A DNA stretch of 52,984 nucleotides from an uncultured Nitrospiraceae bacterium (GCA_964493915.1 CAZBQH010000254.1:1-52984), one strand, 5' to 3'. Numbered from the stretch's first letter, positions 26,872-36,646 are shown. The notes: generated from the sequence alone by a model not told the origin. A program made the numbers and translations.

Positions 26872-27854
26872 GGAAGGTGGTCGGCCTCGCCGTGCTTCTA
26901 GCGGCGCTCATTGGGGTGGCCTGTTTATGGGAGTACATGCACCAAGACGGGGTCGTCAACTTCATCCGATTGGCGAATATCAGGACCTTGCTGACGTGGG
27001 TAGGGCTTTTCGGGATTCTCAGTCTTGGGCAAGCTCTGGTCATCGTAGTGGGCGGCATCGACCTCTCAGTAGGCAGTGTCGTCGGCCTGACAGGCATTCT
27101 GCTCGCCCTGTTGCTGAACCGGGGTCAAGGGATGCCCCCCGTGGCGGCAATCCCGCTTGTTTTGGCCGTTTGTACAGGCATCGGCATCTGGCATGGCGCT
27201 CTAGTGGCGAAGGCGCGTATGCAGCCTTTTGTCGTGACGTTATGCGGACTGTTCTTCTATAGAGGGATTGCCCGGTTGATATCGCACGATCGGCCGCAGG
27301 GTTTCGGCGGGGCTTACCCATGGTTATCATGGTTTGGCAACGGGTATCTCGGCATTCTCGATGATGCGATTGCAGCGCCCTTTGTGATCCTCATGGCGCT
27401 GGGCATTGTCGTCGGCGCGTGGCTTCATTTCGCTCCGAGCGGGCGCCATCTCTTTGCCCTCGGGGCCAACGAAGACACGGCCCGGTTCAGCGGGATCCGG
27501 ACAGACAGGCTGAAGATCCTTGCATATAGCTTGTGTTCACTGCTGACCGGCGTGGGCGGCATGCTTCTGGCCTTTAAGGTCGGCTCGCTCAGCCCAAGTA
27601 CCTTCGGTAGTTTCTACGAACTTTACGCCATCGCCGGCGCTGTTCTCGGAGGGTGCAGCCTGCGCGGAGGGCTGGGCAACATCGCAGGCGTGATCATTGG
27701 TTCATCTCTGATTGTCGTGCTTCGTAATCTCGTTGTAATCCTGCGCATACGCAGCGAACTCGAGTACGTGGTTATAGGAGGCGCCATCCTGATCGGCGTT
27801 TTCGTTGACGAGATGCTGGTGCGCCGCTCAGCTAGGAAGGTGGCTGCCGCGTGA
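26868..27854 (+). CDS. Sugar ABC transporter permease (RbsC-like)
   Basis: GGIDLSVG, PFVVTL, GRHLFALGANE..AR.SGI, YELYAIAGAVLGG; GTGA overlap with SBP gene. Confidence 0.92.
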   Translation: MRKVVGLAVLLAALIGVACLWEYMHQDGVVNFIRLANIRTLLTWVGLFGILSLGQALVIVVGGIDLSVGSVVGLTGILLALLLNRGQGMPPVAAIPLVLAVCTGIGIWHGALVAKARMQPFVVTLCGLFFYRGIARLISHDRPQGFGGAYPWLSWFGNGYLGILDDAIAAPFVILMALGIVVGAWLHFAPSGRHLFALGANEDTARFSGIRTDRLKILAYSLCSLLTGVGGMLLAFKVGSLSPSTFGSFYELYAIAGAVLGGCSLRGGLGNIAGVIIGSSLIVVLRNLVVILRIRSELEYVVIGGAILIGVFVDEMLVRRSARKVAAA

Positions 27855-27878
27855 AAACGATGAGGATTCGTTGAGCCA

Positions 27879-30128
27879 ATGTATCGGTACTCCGGCTATC
27901 TTCGCACGCTTCTCGAATCACCTGACGTTCAGGCCAGCGCCAAAGCCAAGAAGATCGTCTTCAATGCAGACGACCTGGCTCAATGGCACACGAAAGACAT
28001 CGAGTGCGAGCGCGAATGGAAAGGCCTGCCCGTGCATCGCACGCGACGGGAGGAAAGTGTCCGAATCTTGGGACGCTTCGAGGATGTGCGCCGCATCGAC
28101 AATCTCTCCGTTGAGGATGCGCGGTTTTGGGTCCCGCTGAGCACGCTTGGCGTCGAAGATAGTCGTCTTCCGATTGATCTGCGCACGTATCCCGTCGCAG
28201 AGATAACGTACCGGTGTACAAGTGATAATGCGCGGCCTGCTTGGGTTTTGTGTTACGAGGGAGGCGCGAAGTGGGATGGGCTGCACGAGACGCGCCGGTG
28301 GCGCACAATCGCGAGGTTGGTCCGCCACAATGCATTTCCGGATAAGATTGACAACATCATCCTGCGCCTCTATTCAGGCGTCCGCACAACGGAGTCTTTT
28401 GAGGTTTCATCAATCTGTTTCAGGGAGATGACGCCAGCGGAGGAGAAAGCGGTGCGCGCAGACGGCAGACGCATCAAGGGATGCGGCAAGCCGGCGCGTT
28501 ATCCTATTCTCGATGAGTTTATGCCCATGGGGGTATGCATGGACGCCGAGACAACGCGCCGGCTGGCCGAAACCTTGGGCGTGTCGTTGTCCGAGTACTG
28601 GGGACTTGCCTTCGAAGACATTGTCAGGCACCACCATAACTGCGTCTCCTTCGAGAACATTTCCAAGTTCAGCAAAGACGAGTGGCGCGAGCTCCTGGCA
28701 CTGGCGGACGCCTATCAACTGAAAGTGGTGGCTTCGCACGATTTCCCCCTCATGGACGACCCTCTGGATCAACGCGAGCTCATCGAGGAGGGCGTCAAGC
28801 CCTACGCCGACTCGCCGTCCCTATTGGCGTGGAGCCTCGAACATGAACCGCCGGAACACGAACTAAGCAACATCCTGCGAGCCCGCGGGCTTATGAGGGA
28901 AGCCGACGCCGAGCACCCTACGTTTGTTGTTACGCGTCAAACAACGGCGTTCCCGCTGTATGCGCCCCATTTTCCGATTGCCGGCGTAACGCATTACACG
29001 GGGCACTGCCCACTCGACATCGCCCCTATGGTTCAGGCGCACCTGCCTCTGGTGGGCGGTCAGCAGTTCTGGGTATTCGGATCTGGATTCACCTATGCCA
29101 CGGGCACGCCACCATGGAATACGTGTCCTGAGATGCGACTCATGGTGAACCTTGCCGTGGCCAATGGGGTGAGGGGTTGGTTTACCTTCAGCTATCATAA
29201 CGACCCAGTCTGGATAGGCGGGCGTTACCAGAGATCCTTGACAGGGCCTTTCCTGACTTTCAGCGATTTGTGGGCGGAACTTGACGAATCTATGGCCCTG
29301 TTCACCGCGATGGTCCCTCTCCTTTTACATGCGCGTCCGGCGCCTTTGCCCGAGATGCCGTACTTATCAAGCCAGCCGTCCGATGCGAAGAGTGCGCTGC
29401 CCCGAGGGGTCCCGCCGACAACCGCGACGCGTCTTGTAGGAGACGATTTCGAACTCTATTTCATCATCAGCAACACTACGGAAGGGATGATAAGTCTGAA
29501 TCTGGACATCTCTTCGCAGGATTTCGGCGGGCGCGAAGTGTATGATCTCACCGATTTTATCCATACCCGCCAGTGGGCAGGCATGCCGCGGCAACGTCAT
29601 CTCGAAATGTTCCCCGGTCAGGCCCGCATGCTGCTCGTGGCCGACGCAGAGACCTGCATTCATTGGCGCGACGTGGTTGCAAACCGCCTCATCGAAGACG
29701 ATCGGCGTCAACTCGCCTTCAATCTTGAGCTGGCTAAGGCATACGGTTTGGACGTAGCCATGGCCGAGCGCTTTCTGCATAATGCCACAACGGGAGACCC
29801 TTTGGCCGACCTCGAGACCATGGACAAAGCCAGCGACCTGCTTATCAACACAGTCTATGACGAACCCGCTATTTTCCAGGCGCGGAGCCACATTATCGAA
29901 GCGAGCGCGGCCGTTTGCGCCTGCGATGGCGCTCTCTGCCGTCTAATGAACCGCGGGAAAGTCGATCAAGCGCGGGAATGGGGCCTCAGGGTGGCACCTT
30001 TTGCCCGCGAGTTTACGACCCTGCGCCTCGAACTGCGCCGCGGCCAAGGATCCAAAGCGTTCAGCCACTGCGAAGGTCTCGCCAAACGTGCCCTGGCTTT
30101 GCTGAACGATATCCGGGCCAACGCCTAG
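27879..30128 (+). CDS. Uncharacterised 749-aa protein, probable glycoside-hydrolase-like TIM barrel
   Basis: Long ORF, no signal peptide; LLAWSLEHEP and PEMRLMVNLAVANGVRGWFTFSY resemble GH-type barrel strands (recalled pattern). Confidence 0.7.
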   Translation: MYRYSGYLRTLLESPDVQASAKAKKIVFNADDLAQWHTKDIECEREWKGLPVHRTRREESVRILGRFEDVRRIDNLSVEDARFWVPLSTLGVEDSRLPIDLRTYPVAEITYRCTSDNARPAWVLCYEGGAKWDGLHETRRWRTIARLVRHNAFPDKIDNIILRLYSGVRTTESFEVSSICFREMTPAEEKAVRADGRRIKGCGKPARYPILDEFMPMGVCMDAETTRRLAETLGVSLSEYWGLAFEDIVRHHHNCVSFENISKFSKDEWRELLALADAYQLKVVASHDFPLMDDPLDQRELIEEGVKPYADSPSLLAWSLEHEPPEHELSNILRARGLMREADAEHPTFVVTRQTTAFPLYAPHFPIAGVTHYTGHCPLDIAPMVQAHLPLVGGQQFWVFGSGFTYATGTPPWNTCPEMRLMVNLAVANGVRGWFTFSYHNDPVWIGGRYQRSLTGPFLTFSDLWAELDESMALFTAMVPLLLHARPAPLPEMPYLSSQPSDAKSALPRGVPPTTATRLVGDDFELYFIISNTTEGMISLNLDISSQDFGGREVYDLTDFIHTRQWAGMPRQRHLEMFPGQARMLLVADAETCIHWRDVVANRLIEDDRRQLAFNLELAKAYGLDVAMAERFLHNATTGDPLADLETMDKASDLLINTVYDEPAIFQARSHIIEASAAVCACDGALCRLMNRGKVDQAREWGLRVAPFAREFTTLRLELRRGQGSKAFSHCEGLAKRALALLNDIRANA

Positions 30129-30139
30129 CCAGAACGAAA

Positions 30140-33100
30140 TCAACCGATCAGGATCTCCATGCGTTGACCTCTCGCGATCATTGCGTCGCCCGCCAATTCC
30201 ACGTGCAAGACGCCGTTTTCATACCTGGGCGTTGCTTGCACCAGACGGCTGTCTATCGTTGCGCGAACCGGGGCCCCGTCCGATTGCTCGCGCACGCTTA
30301 GCGTTATCTCTTTGATATGGAGCTTGCCCCAGTGGATCGCCATCACATTCCGCTGGGTCGTCTCCTCTCGCACTTGTTCGAACGTCCCCCATCCGTCTGC
30401 CGTCGTGAACGCGGCCCGGAACTGCTCGGGCGTGATGCGCGGCGCGAATCCAATCCGGCCCTCGGGGCCGTGGTAGGCAAACCCCATGAGGGCAAGGTAG
30501 ACGCCCCAACTCGCGAGGGCTCTGGCGTAGTGATCACCGCACTCGACCTCGTTGTACGGGTTGCGCAAAGCCGGCCGGTACCGATCGTGGATCGCACGGC
30601 ACATGACAAGCCCCTCGCGAACAAACCCTTCCCAAATCATGTGGCCGGCCACCTGATACTCAATGCCCGTCCAGACTTCGTTTTTGTAGACCGTTCCTTC
30701 CGGCATGTAGTTGCCTTTAGGCCAAGTGCACGTAAAAAGCCCCGCCTGACCTGGCGTGATAAACCAACGGAAGGGCGGATGCTCCTTGTTGTAGGGTCCG
30801 ATATCCGGCGCCCAGTTGTATTTCCAGATGGACTGCAACGCTGTGTGAACATGCTCCTCCGGATAGATATAGCCCAACCCGAGTTGATGGGCCCACCCTT
30901 GCCCAAACAGATGGTCCGAGAGACAGCCGTCCTTATACTGATGCTGCGGGTGCTCCTCGAGATCGACGTCTTGCTCGAAGTATTCCCCGTTCCATAAACG
31001 CGCGAGGGTCTTCTTTCGGCCGCGGTCGTAGATTGCCCGGCAAGTCTCGGCGAAATCCTCATCGCCCGTTTCGCGGGCCATCTCCTCGCCCGCCCGGAGG
31101 GCGGCGAGATAGAGCGAACCTACGAAGCTGTTCGCCCCAAAGTAGTTAATGTCGTAGGTGTTGTGCTGCAAGTCCTCGATGAGTCCATCGGCATTGCCGT
31201 CATGGCCAATCGAAAACTCGAGAGCCTTCTTAATGCGAGGCCAATTCCGCTTCAGAAAGGCGTTATCAGTCGACATCAGGTGTTCACGGTACGCCTTGAG
31301 GATCGTTCCGCACTGACCGTCTGCAGCGTAGTTGTCGTCGCTCCGGAACCCGACCAAACCTGTGTCCGGGTGGAATCCCCCGCCCTGGTCGCGGGGCGCA
31401 AAGTCCTGCATTTCGCGGATAGTTCGCGCCAGAGAAGGGAACAGACGTGCATGACCATGCGCGTAATTCCAGACATGCGTACACGTTCCGTGGCAAGAGG
31501 CTACGCCTTCATACGCCCAGAAGCGGCCGTTCTTCCACCATTGGCAGGTCCCGGTCGCCAGGTAAGACAGGGTCGAATGCAACCGGTCGAGCAGCCAGTA
31601 GGGCAATGTGCTGTTGTAGTACGTGTCGCGCCAGAGCCGCGTATCCGCGGTGAACCGGTCATGATGATCGAGCACGTAATCCGCAACCTCTTCGGCGTCT
31701 TTGAATCGGACTGCGTAAAAACGGCCGCCCGGCTGCTCATTCGGGAAATGCCACGTCAGTACGAATGTGAACGTATGCGCAGCGGCGGGTTCGAGCTCTA
31801 CCTCCCCCGTTCGGAGTACGCCCACGCGGGCATCGCGGATGTCGTAGCTCGCCACTTCGAAGGGTTGCCCTTGGAACGAAGGGTCGGCAGGCCTGTCCCG
31901 CCTGTCGGCCCACAAGGCCTGCGCGTCGCCATCCGTCGTCGCAAGGGTCATCGTGCCCCAGTCCGCGGCCAGCTCGATGGCGTCCGGAACGTTGCGGGGC
32001 GGGATGTCGACAAACTCGATCTGGTCCAGGTTGATGTGACCCCAGCCGCCCGTTTCTTCGTCGACCGCCTCGATATGGGCAGTCCGGCCTTCGAGATCCG
32101 ACACATCCCATGACGCCCAGAATAGGGTCTCCGAGTTGCGGCCAGTGGCCGTACGTACCACCTCGCCCTCGACCACAAGATTCGCGCAGGTCTTGCCCGC
32201 GTGAGCGCCGCCGCCGATAAGGAAGTTGATGAACCGTCGCTCGATTTGGAAATCCGGAGAGATCAGCCTGCCCGTTGTCCCGTCCCCTTGATAATACGAG
32301 TTGACCAGCCCCTCGCCCTGGTATCCGGTCACTGGGTTCTGGTTGTCGAGCGTCCCTCTCGCAGGACTCGGGCCAAAGGCCTCGCCCTCCGCCGTCCAGT
32401 CTCGATAGTCCGCGCCCTCGAAATCCGCGAAGACGATTTTGGGCCGTTGATGCTCGTAGAAGGTCTTCTTGTCTTCGGCAGATACGTCTTCGGCGGCATG
32501 GGTCAGGACAACACGGCCGTCGTCCCGTGCAACGCGGGAAATGCGCCGGCCGGGCGCCACTAGTCCATAGGCATAGCCTACATGGTTCTCCAGCCACCCC
32601 AACAACCCGGCACTCACCCGCTTGTCCGAGACATTCGACACGGTGATATGGAAAAGTGTTGCAGGTAAGGCCGAATCCTCTGCGTTCAGCGGCACAAACG
32701 GTGAAAACGCCTCCATCTCAACCATGACAGGGAAATCGTCGGCACGATAGCTAACTGTCCCAATCGGATATTCACCTCTAAAGGTTGTCTCAGGAAAGTC
32801 CAGGCGGCACAATCGCTTCGAGACGAGTTCTCCTTGCGTTCGAACGAGAACCGCATACCCCTGCTCGACGGGTTTGGCAATCTTCGTATGCTCATAGGTA
32901 GCATTGGTCCCATCGACCCAGTTCGAAACGGCATTGTTGAAGATTTGCCACGATCCCAGCGTCCCGTCCCCACATAAATAGAGCTGACCGGCGCCAATTC
33001 CGCCGCAAGGCATGCCGATATGGTCCAGTGCTTCGCCGGAGAAAATCTCTTTCGTGCCGCGTTCGAAAAGGTTTTGCACCCATTCCTCGGCAAGACCCTT

Positions 33101-33370
33101 ATCGGCTGGGATAAGGCCCCCATGACCGGTGTCGTCGGCACCAACAGCGCCCGCAATCAGCGCCAACGGCCGCCCGAGAGACGCCGTCGCGACGCCCATG
33201 CCTGTCCGTTGGAGAAACGCCCGCCGGTTGATGCCGGTCTGCGGGCCGGCCTCATCGTTACAACCGCCGGGTTCACGTCCACTCCCTCGCTGCACCTTGG
33301 GGTTTTCTGCCTGACCGTCCCTTTTTGTGTAAGCAATCTTGTCTGCCTGATCATCGCTTGAAGACATCAT
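30140..33370 (-). CDS. GH116 (non-lysosomal glucosylceramidase-like) glycosidase, Tat-exported, with inserted beta-sandwich
   Basis: INRRAFL Tat motif; IGMPCGGIGAG, FSPFVPLNAEDSALP, WAYEG (nucleophile), QHNTYD (acid/base), EVWTGIEY, NEVECGDHYARALASW. Confidence 0.9.
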   Translation of the reverse strand: MMSSSDDQADKIAYTKRDGQAENPKVQRGSGREPGGCNDEAGPQTGINRRAFLQRTGMGVATASLGRPLALIAGAVGADDTGHGGLIPADKGLAEEWVQNLFERGTKEIFSGEALDHIGMPCGGIGAGQLYLCGDGTLGSWQIFNNAVSNWVDGTNATYEHTKIAKPVEQGYAVLVRTQGELVSKRLCRLDFPETTFRGEYPIGTVSYRADDFPVMVEMEAFSPFVPLNAEDSALPATLFHITVSNVSDKRVSAGLLGWLENHVGYAYGLVAPGRRISRVARDDGRVVLTHAAEDVSAEDKKTFYEHQRPKIVFADFEGADYRDWTAEGEAFGPSPARGTLDNQNPVTGYQGEGLVNSYYQGDGTTGRLISPDFQIERRFINFLIGGGAHAGKTCANLVVEGEVVRTATGRNSETLFWASWDVSDLEGRTAHIEAVDEETGGWGHINLDQIEFVDIPPRNVPDAIELAADWGTMTLATTDGDAQALWADRRDRPADPSFQGQPFEVASYDIRDARVGVLRTGEVELEPAAAHTFTFVLTWHFPNEQPGGRFYAVRFKDAEEVADYVLDHHDRFTADTRLWRDTYYNSTLPYWLLDRLHSTLSYLATGTCQWWKNGRFWAYEGVASCHGTCTHVWNYAHGHARLFPSLARTIREMQDFAPRDQGGGFHPDTGLVGFRSDDNYAADGQCGTILKAYREHLMSTDNAFLKRNWPRIKKALEFSIGHDGNADGLIEDLQHNTYDINYFGANSFVGSLYLAALRAGEEMARETGDEDFAETCRAIYDRGRKKTLARLWNGEYFEQDVDLEEHPQHQYKDGCLSDHLFGQGWAHQLGLGYIYPEEHVHTALQSIWKYNWAPDIGPYNKEHPPFRWFITPGQAGLFTCTWPKGNYMPEGTVYKNEVWTGIEYQVAGHMIWEGFVREGLVMCRAIHDRYRPALRNPYNEVECGDHYARALASWGVYLALMGFAYHGPEGRIGFAPRITPEQFRAAFTTADGWGTFEQVREETTQRNVMAIHWGKLHIKEITLSVREQSDGAPVRATIDSRLVQATPRYENGVLHVELAGDAMIARGQRMEILIG

Positions 33371-33632
33371 TGCCCTCCCGGCGTTCAATCTGAGTTCACA
33401 TGCAACGCGCCTATACTAGTTCAAGCATCGATTACAAACAAACGCACGGCCCACGCAGACGCGGTCTCGTGCAGCGGCGCTTCCGTTGTGTTTAGACTTG
33501 GCAGCCGGGAATCCGCGAATTACCGTTTCGCGGCAGCGCAGGTGCATCACACTAATTCTGCGTAGAACGGAGCGTCTCCATCCTGCGCAGTATAAAAGGC
33601 GGCGCGGTGAGCAAAAACAAGGGATCAGGCCG

Positions 33633-34382
33633 TCAGGCCCCTAGAAACGCGATCTTCTCTTCGAGCAGATCCATTGTCGTGTTTGAGAATGCAAAGAAAC
33701 GGCTCAGTGCATGACCCTCCTCGCCCGGTTCGAGCGCGCCGAACGAGGGGGAACAGTGAATACAGGAAAACTCGAGGTTTGAGAACAGGAAAAACGGTTT
33801 GTCTGCCGTAACGCCGATGACGTCCTTCCCGTTATAGGCGCGGACAGCAAGAACTCCTTTCGGATAAAGCTCGGGTGTCGCTTGAAAAGCCTCAACGAAG
33901 TCGAGCGGACGCGGTTGTCCCTCGACGTACCAGAGCTGTATCGTCGGCCGGCGCGAATGGACGCGCGCGACAGACGTGATGGGCTTCCATTCGCCGTCAA
34001 GCAGCAGATAGGTCCGCGCCCCGTCGTAGTCGCCAAACTCGAGCACACGGCTCGGGTTCAGACAATTAAACGCGAACGATCCAGGCCAAGGTTCGGGGCC
34101 CAGATTCGTCAGGTGCATGGTCACGTCTACATGGTTCTCTGAAGGCGCCGCCTTAACGGAAAAGGCTAACACCCCCTCTTTGCGCCAGTCATAGGACCAC
34201 CCGCCGCCGTCTGCCGGCTCCCACGTGGGAGCGATCAACGTCTCGGGCGCCGCGCCCCAGACCGCTTTGCGGGTTGATCCGACGGCTTCGGGAAGGGTGT
34301 AAATGAACGGCCCGCTGGGCCACTTGTCCGAATGTATCGAGAGCGCCTGGCTCTGTTGCGCCGGCTTCAATGTAAGCGACAT
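33633..34382 (-). CDS. Hypothetical protein, beta-rich
   Basis: Open frame coupled to upstream gene; RBS GAGGAGG before ATG 34382 (ATG 34400 alternative). Confidence 0.75.
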   Translation of the reverse strand: MSLTLKPAQQSQALSIHSDKWPSGPFIYTLPEAVGSTRKAVWGAAPETLIAPTWEPADGGGWSYDWRKEGVLAFSVKAAPSENHVDVTMHLTNLGPEPWPGSFAFNCLNPSRVLEFGDYDGARTYLLLDGEWKPITSVARVHSRRPTIQLWYVEGQPRPLDFVEAFQATPELYPKGVLAVRAYNGKDVIGVTADKPFFLFSNLEFSCIHCSPSFGALEPGEEGHALSRFFAFSNTTMDLLEEKIAFLGA

Positions 34383-34396
34383 CGGCTGAATCCTCC

Positions 34397-35206
34397 TCAT
34401 TCCGCGTCCCGCGCGCAGCGGAAACCGAGATACTCTTGCTGATTGGAACTGAACTGCGTCATGCCCCTGTAGGCTGCCCGGAAAAGGTAGGGCTCGTGCT
34501 GTTTCCAGAACCCGCCCTTAACGACGTGGCAGGCTGCCGTATGAGGTGTGTTCGTCCACTCGCACACATTCCCGGCAAGGTCCATGACGCCGAAGGGGCT
34601 CGCGCCGGTCGGATAGGCGCCAACGGGTTTCATGCCTCGTCCATTGGGAACGTTTTCTCCATTGGTGTTGCAACGGGAAGGGTCCCATTGACGCCCCCAG
34701 GGGTAGGCAAAACCGTCGGGACCGCGCGCCGCGTACTCCCACTCCTCCTCTGTCGGAAGCCGTTTGGCGGCCCACTCCGCATACGCTTGCGCATCGAGAA
34801 TGTTCACCCGGACGACCGGGTGCGACGCGATGTCATCCAACTGCTGCATCACGTGACGAAGAAAAGACCATGGGTACTTCGAATCCTGCACAAACGCAAC
34901 GTACGCCGCATTCGTCACGGGATACTTGTCAAGGTAGAACGTACGAAGCTCGACCCTGCGCAACGGGAATTCGAGCGAGAACCAACTTGGGTGGACTGCA
35001 TACGTTTTTGACAGCACCTCCGCCTCGGCGGGGTCCGTCCCGATCACTGCTGTTCCACCCGGAATTTTCACCATCTCCGCGTCGGTCACATCCTGCGCAC
35101 GCACAGCTGCTCCAGCTCCTTTCGACGCCTGAAGACAGGCCGCTGCCGCGGCAGCCACGGAAGCACCAAATCTCCTGCGCGTCATTCCCTCGTTTTCTCT
35201 GCTCAT
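34397..35206 (-). CDS. FGE-sulfatase (SUMF1/EgtB/PvdO) domain protein, Tat-exported
   Basis: TRRRFG Tat motif; PVTNAAY, HPVVRV, RLPTEEEWEYAARG, YPWG, SPFGVMDLAGNVCEW, LGFRCA. Confidence 0.9.
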   Translation of the reverse strand: MSRENEGMTRRRFGASVAAAAAACLQASKGAGAAVRAQDVTDAEMVKIPGGTAVIGTDPAEAEVLSKTYAVHPSWFSLEFPLRRVELRTFYLDKYPVTNAAYVAFVQDSKYPWSFLRHVMQQLDDIASHPVVRVNILDAQAYAEWAAKRLPTEEEWEYAARGPDGFAYPWGRQWDPSRCNTNGENVPNGRGMKPVGAYPTGASPFGVMDLAGNVCEWTNTPHTAACHVVKGGFWKQHEPYLFRAAYRGMTQFSSNQQEYLGFRCARDAE

Positions 35207-35261
35207 TGTCCACTCCTAGCACTCGTTCCCTTTGCATCAACTCACAGGACCGAAACACGCT

Positions 35262-36392
35262 CTAGCAAGCAACTCCAATGTCAATCGCAGCGTCTGTGGC
35301 CCAGGCCGGGGCCGATGCGCCGTCCCATCCTGGAAGGGTGCAGGACTCCCGTTCAACCAGATGCGCCTCGACGAAAGTGTGCCGCCGGACGTGCCCAGTC
35401 TCCTTCATAGCTTGGAAAAGCAGTTCAGCCGCTTTCTTGCCCATCCCCATCGTGTCGTTGTCGATGGCCGTAACAGAGGGCCGGGTCAGCGCAAGACTGA
35501 GGTCGTCCCCCCAAACCACCAGTTCCAAGTCATCCGGCACGCGCACTCCCCCATCGGTCAAACGCTTCAGAAACGGCAGCGCGACATCGTTCCGGGCAGC
35601 AAACACGGCCGTAGGGAGCTGGTCAAGCCCGAGGTAATGCTCGGCTAACGCAGCGCCCATTTCCTCGCCACGGGTGCCGCAAACTACAAGGGCGTCATCA
35701 ATCGGCACGTTTGCCTCTTCGAGCGCAAGCCGATAGCCCGCCATCCGCAACCGGCTCAGCGGCTGTTCGTCGTCAAAAGGTTTGATGAAGCCAATCCGCC
35801 GCCGCCCTTTTTGAAGCATTGCACTAACGACCTGATAGACGATCCGGGAGTTGTCTACGCTTATGCTGGCTACATTGCGCCCCGTGACGTTGGGACCCAT
35901 CAAAACCAGAGGAAGCCCCGAGTCTAGTGCAACTTGAAGCTCAGGGTCTCGGGGATCTACCCCGGCGTAGATCAAGCCGTCGATCAGGTCAACGCAGTTC
36001 TGGATGGCCGATATGTTTTCGTGGAGTTCAATAGGCCAACGATCGATAAGCAAGATTTCATAACCGCACTTGAACGTTACGACGCGGACTCCGCTCTCAA
36101 CGAAGGCATGGCCGTAGACCGCGCGGGCAGCAGAGATTAGGGAGGTCGATGTAGAAGGAGGGTACTCGTGCCAGAGGGACAAGCCAATTACCCCGGTCTT
36201 TCGTGTCGAAAGGCTGCGGGCCAAGCGATTGGGGCGGTAGCCCAGCTCCCGCGCGGCAACAAGGACCCGATCCCGAGTGGCGTTGCTGACTTGCGAACCG
36301 AGTGTTTTACGATTGAGGACGAGCGACACCAAGGTCTTGCTTACCCGGGCCTTGGCGGCCACATCCTGGATCGTAACACGTTTTTTCGCCAT
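35262..36392 (-). CDS. LacI family transcriptional regulator
   Basis: VTIQDVAAKARVSKTLVSLVLN HTH, LGYRPNRLARSL, PTAVFAARND, VPDDL. Confidence 0.95.
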   Translation of the reverse strand: MAKKRVTIQDVAAKARVSKTLVSLVLNRKTLGSQVSNATRDRVLVAARELGYRPNRLARSLSTRKTGVIGLSLWHEYPPSTSTSLISAARAVYGHAFVESGVRVVTFKCGYEILLIDRWPIELHENISAIQNCVDLIDGLIYAGVDPRDPELQVALDSGLPLVLMGPNVTGRNVASISVDNSRIVYQVVSAMLQKGRRRIGFIKPFDDEQPLSRLRMAGYRLALEEANVPIDDALVVCGTRGEEMGAALAEHYLGLDQLPTAVFAARNDVALPFLKRLTDGGVRVPDDLELVVWGDDLSLALTRPSVTAIDNDTMGMGKKAAELLFQAMKETGHVRRHTFVEAHLVERESCTLPGWDGASAPAWATDAAIDIGVAC

Positions 36393-36429
36393 AGCGCCCC
36401 TTCTTGGCTCAGGCACGCAATAACTTAAA

Positions 36430-36456
36430 TAAACCGATTAAGTAAACTGGTTTACT
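36430..36456. promoter_or_regulatory. LacI-type operator(s), probable autoregulation
   Basis: Palindrome AGTAAAC-TG-GTTTACT (36441-36456) plus imperfect TAAACCGATTAA (36430-36441) just after the -10. Confidence 0.7.
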
Positions 36457-36457
36457 T

Positions 36458-36486
36458 ACTATAACCTTTTGAATGCCCTGTGTCAA
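36458..36486 (-). promoter_or_regulatory. Sigma-70 promoter of the LacI gene
   Basis: TTGACA-N17-TATAGT. Confidence 0.75.
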
Positions 36487-36617
36487 GAGGTTTTTCGCTC
36501 GCATCGACTTCCTTGCTAACTCATGCATTGCCAATCCTTTCCAAACACCGCAATCCCTTGCGGAGCTTGGCCCGCAGCCTCCACGGAGGCTGTTTCTTCC
36601 ATCAAATCGAGACTGTT

Positions 36618-36646
36618 TTGACGGTCTGCTTCGGCTCTGGTAGACT
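36618..36646 (+). promoter_or_regulatory. Sigma-70 promoter of hisS
   Basis: TTGACG-N17-TAGACT. Confidence 0.65.

Noticed and set aside
32213-32220. Second GCCGATAA (sigma-28 -10 box)
   Set aside because: Inside the GH116 coding region (antisense of LIGG) with no TAAA -35 at the right distance
33389-33632. Hairpins CCGCGAA/TTCGCGG and GCGCAGG/CCTGCGC between GH116 and the upstream gene
   Set aside because: No U-tract and no recognisable RNA family; insufficient to call a terminator or ncRNA
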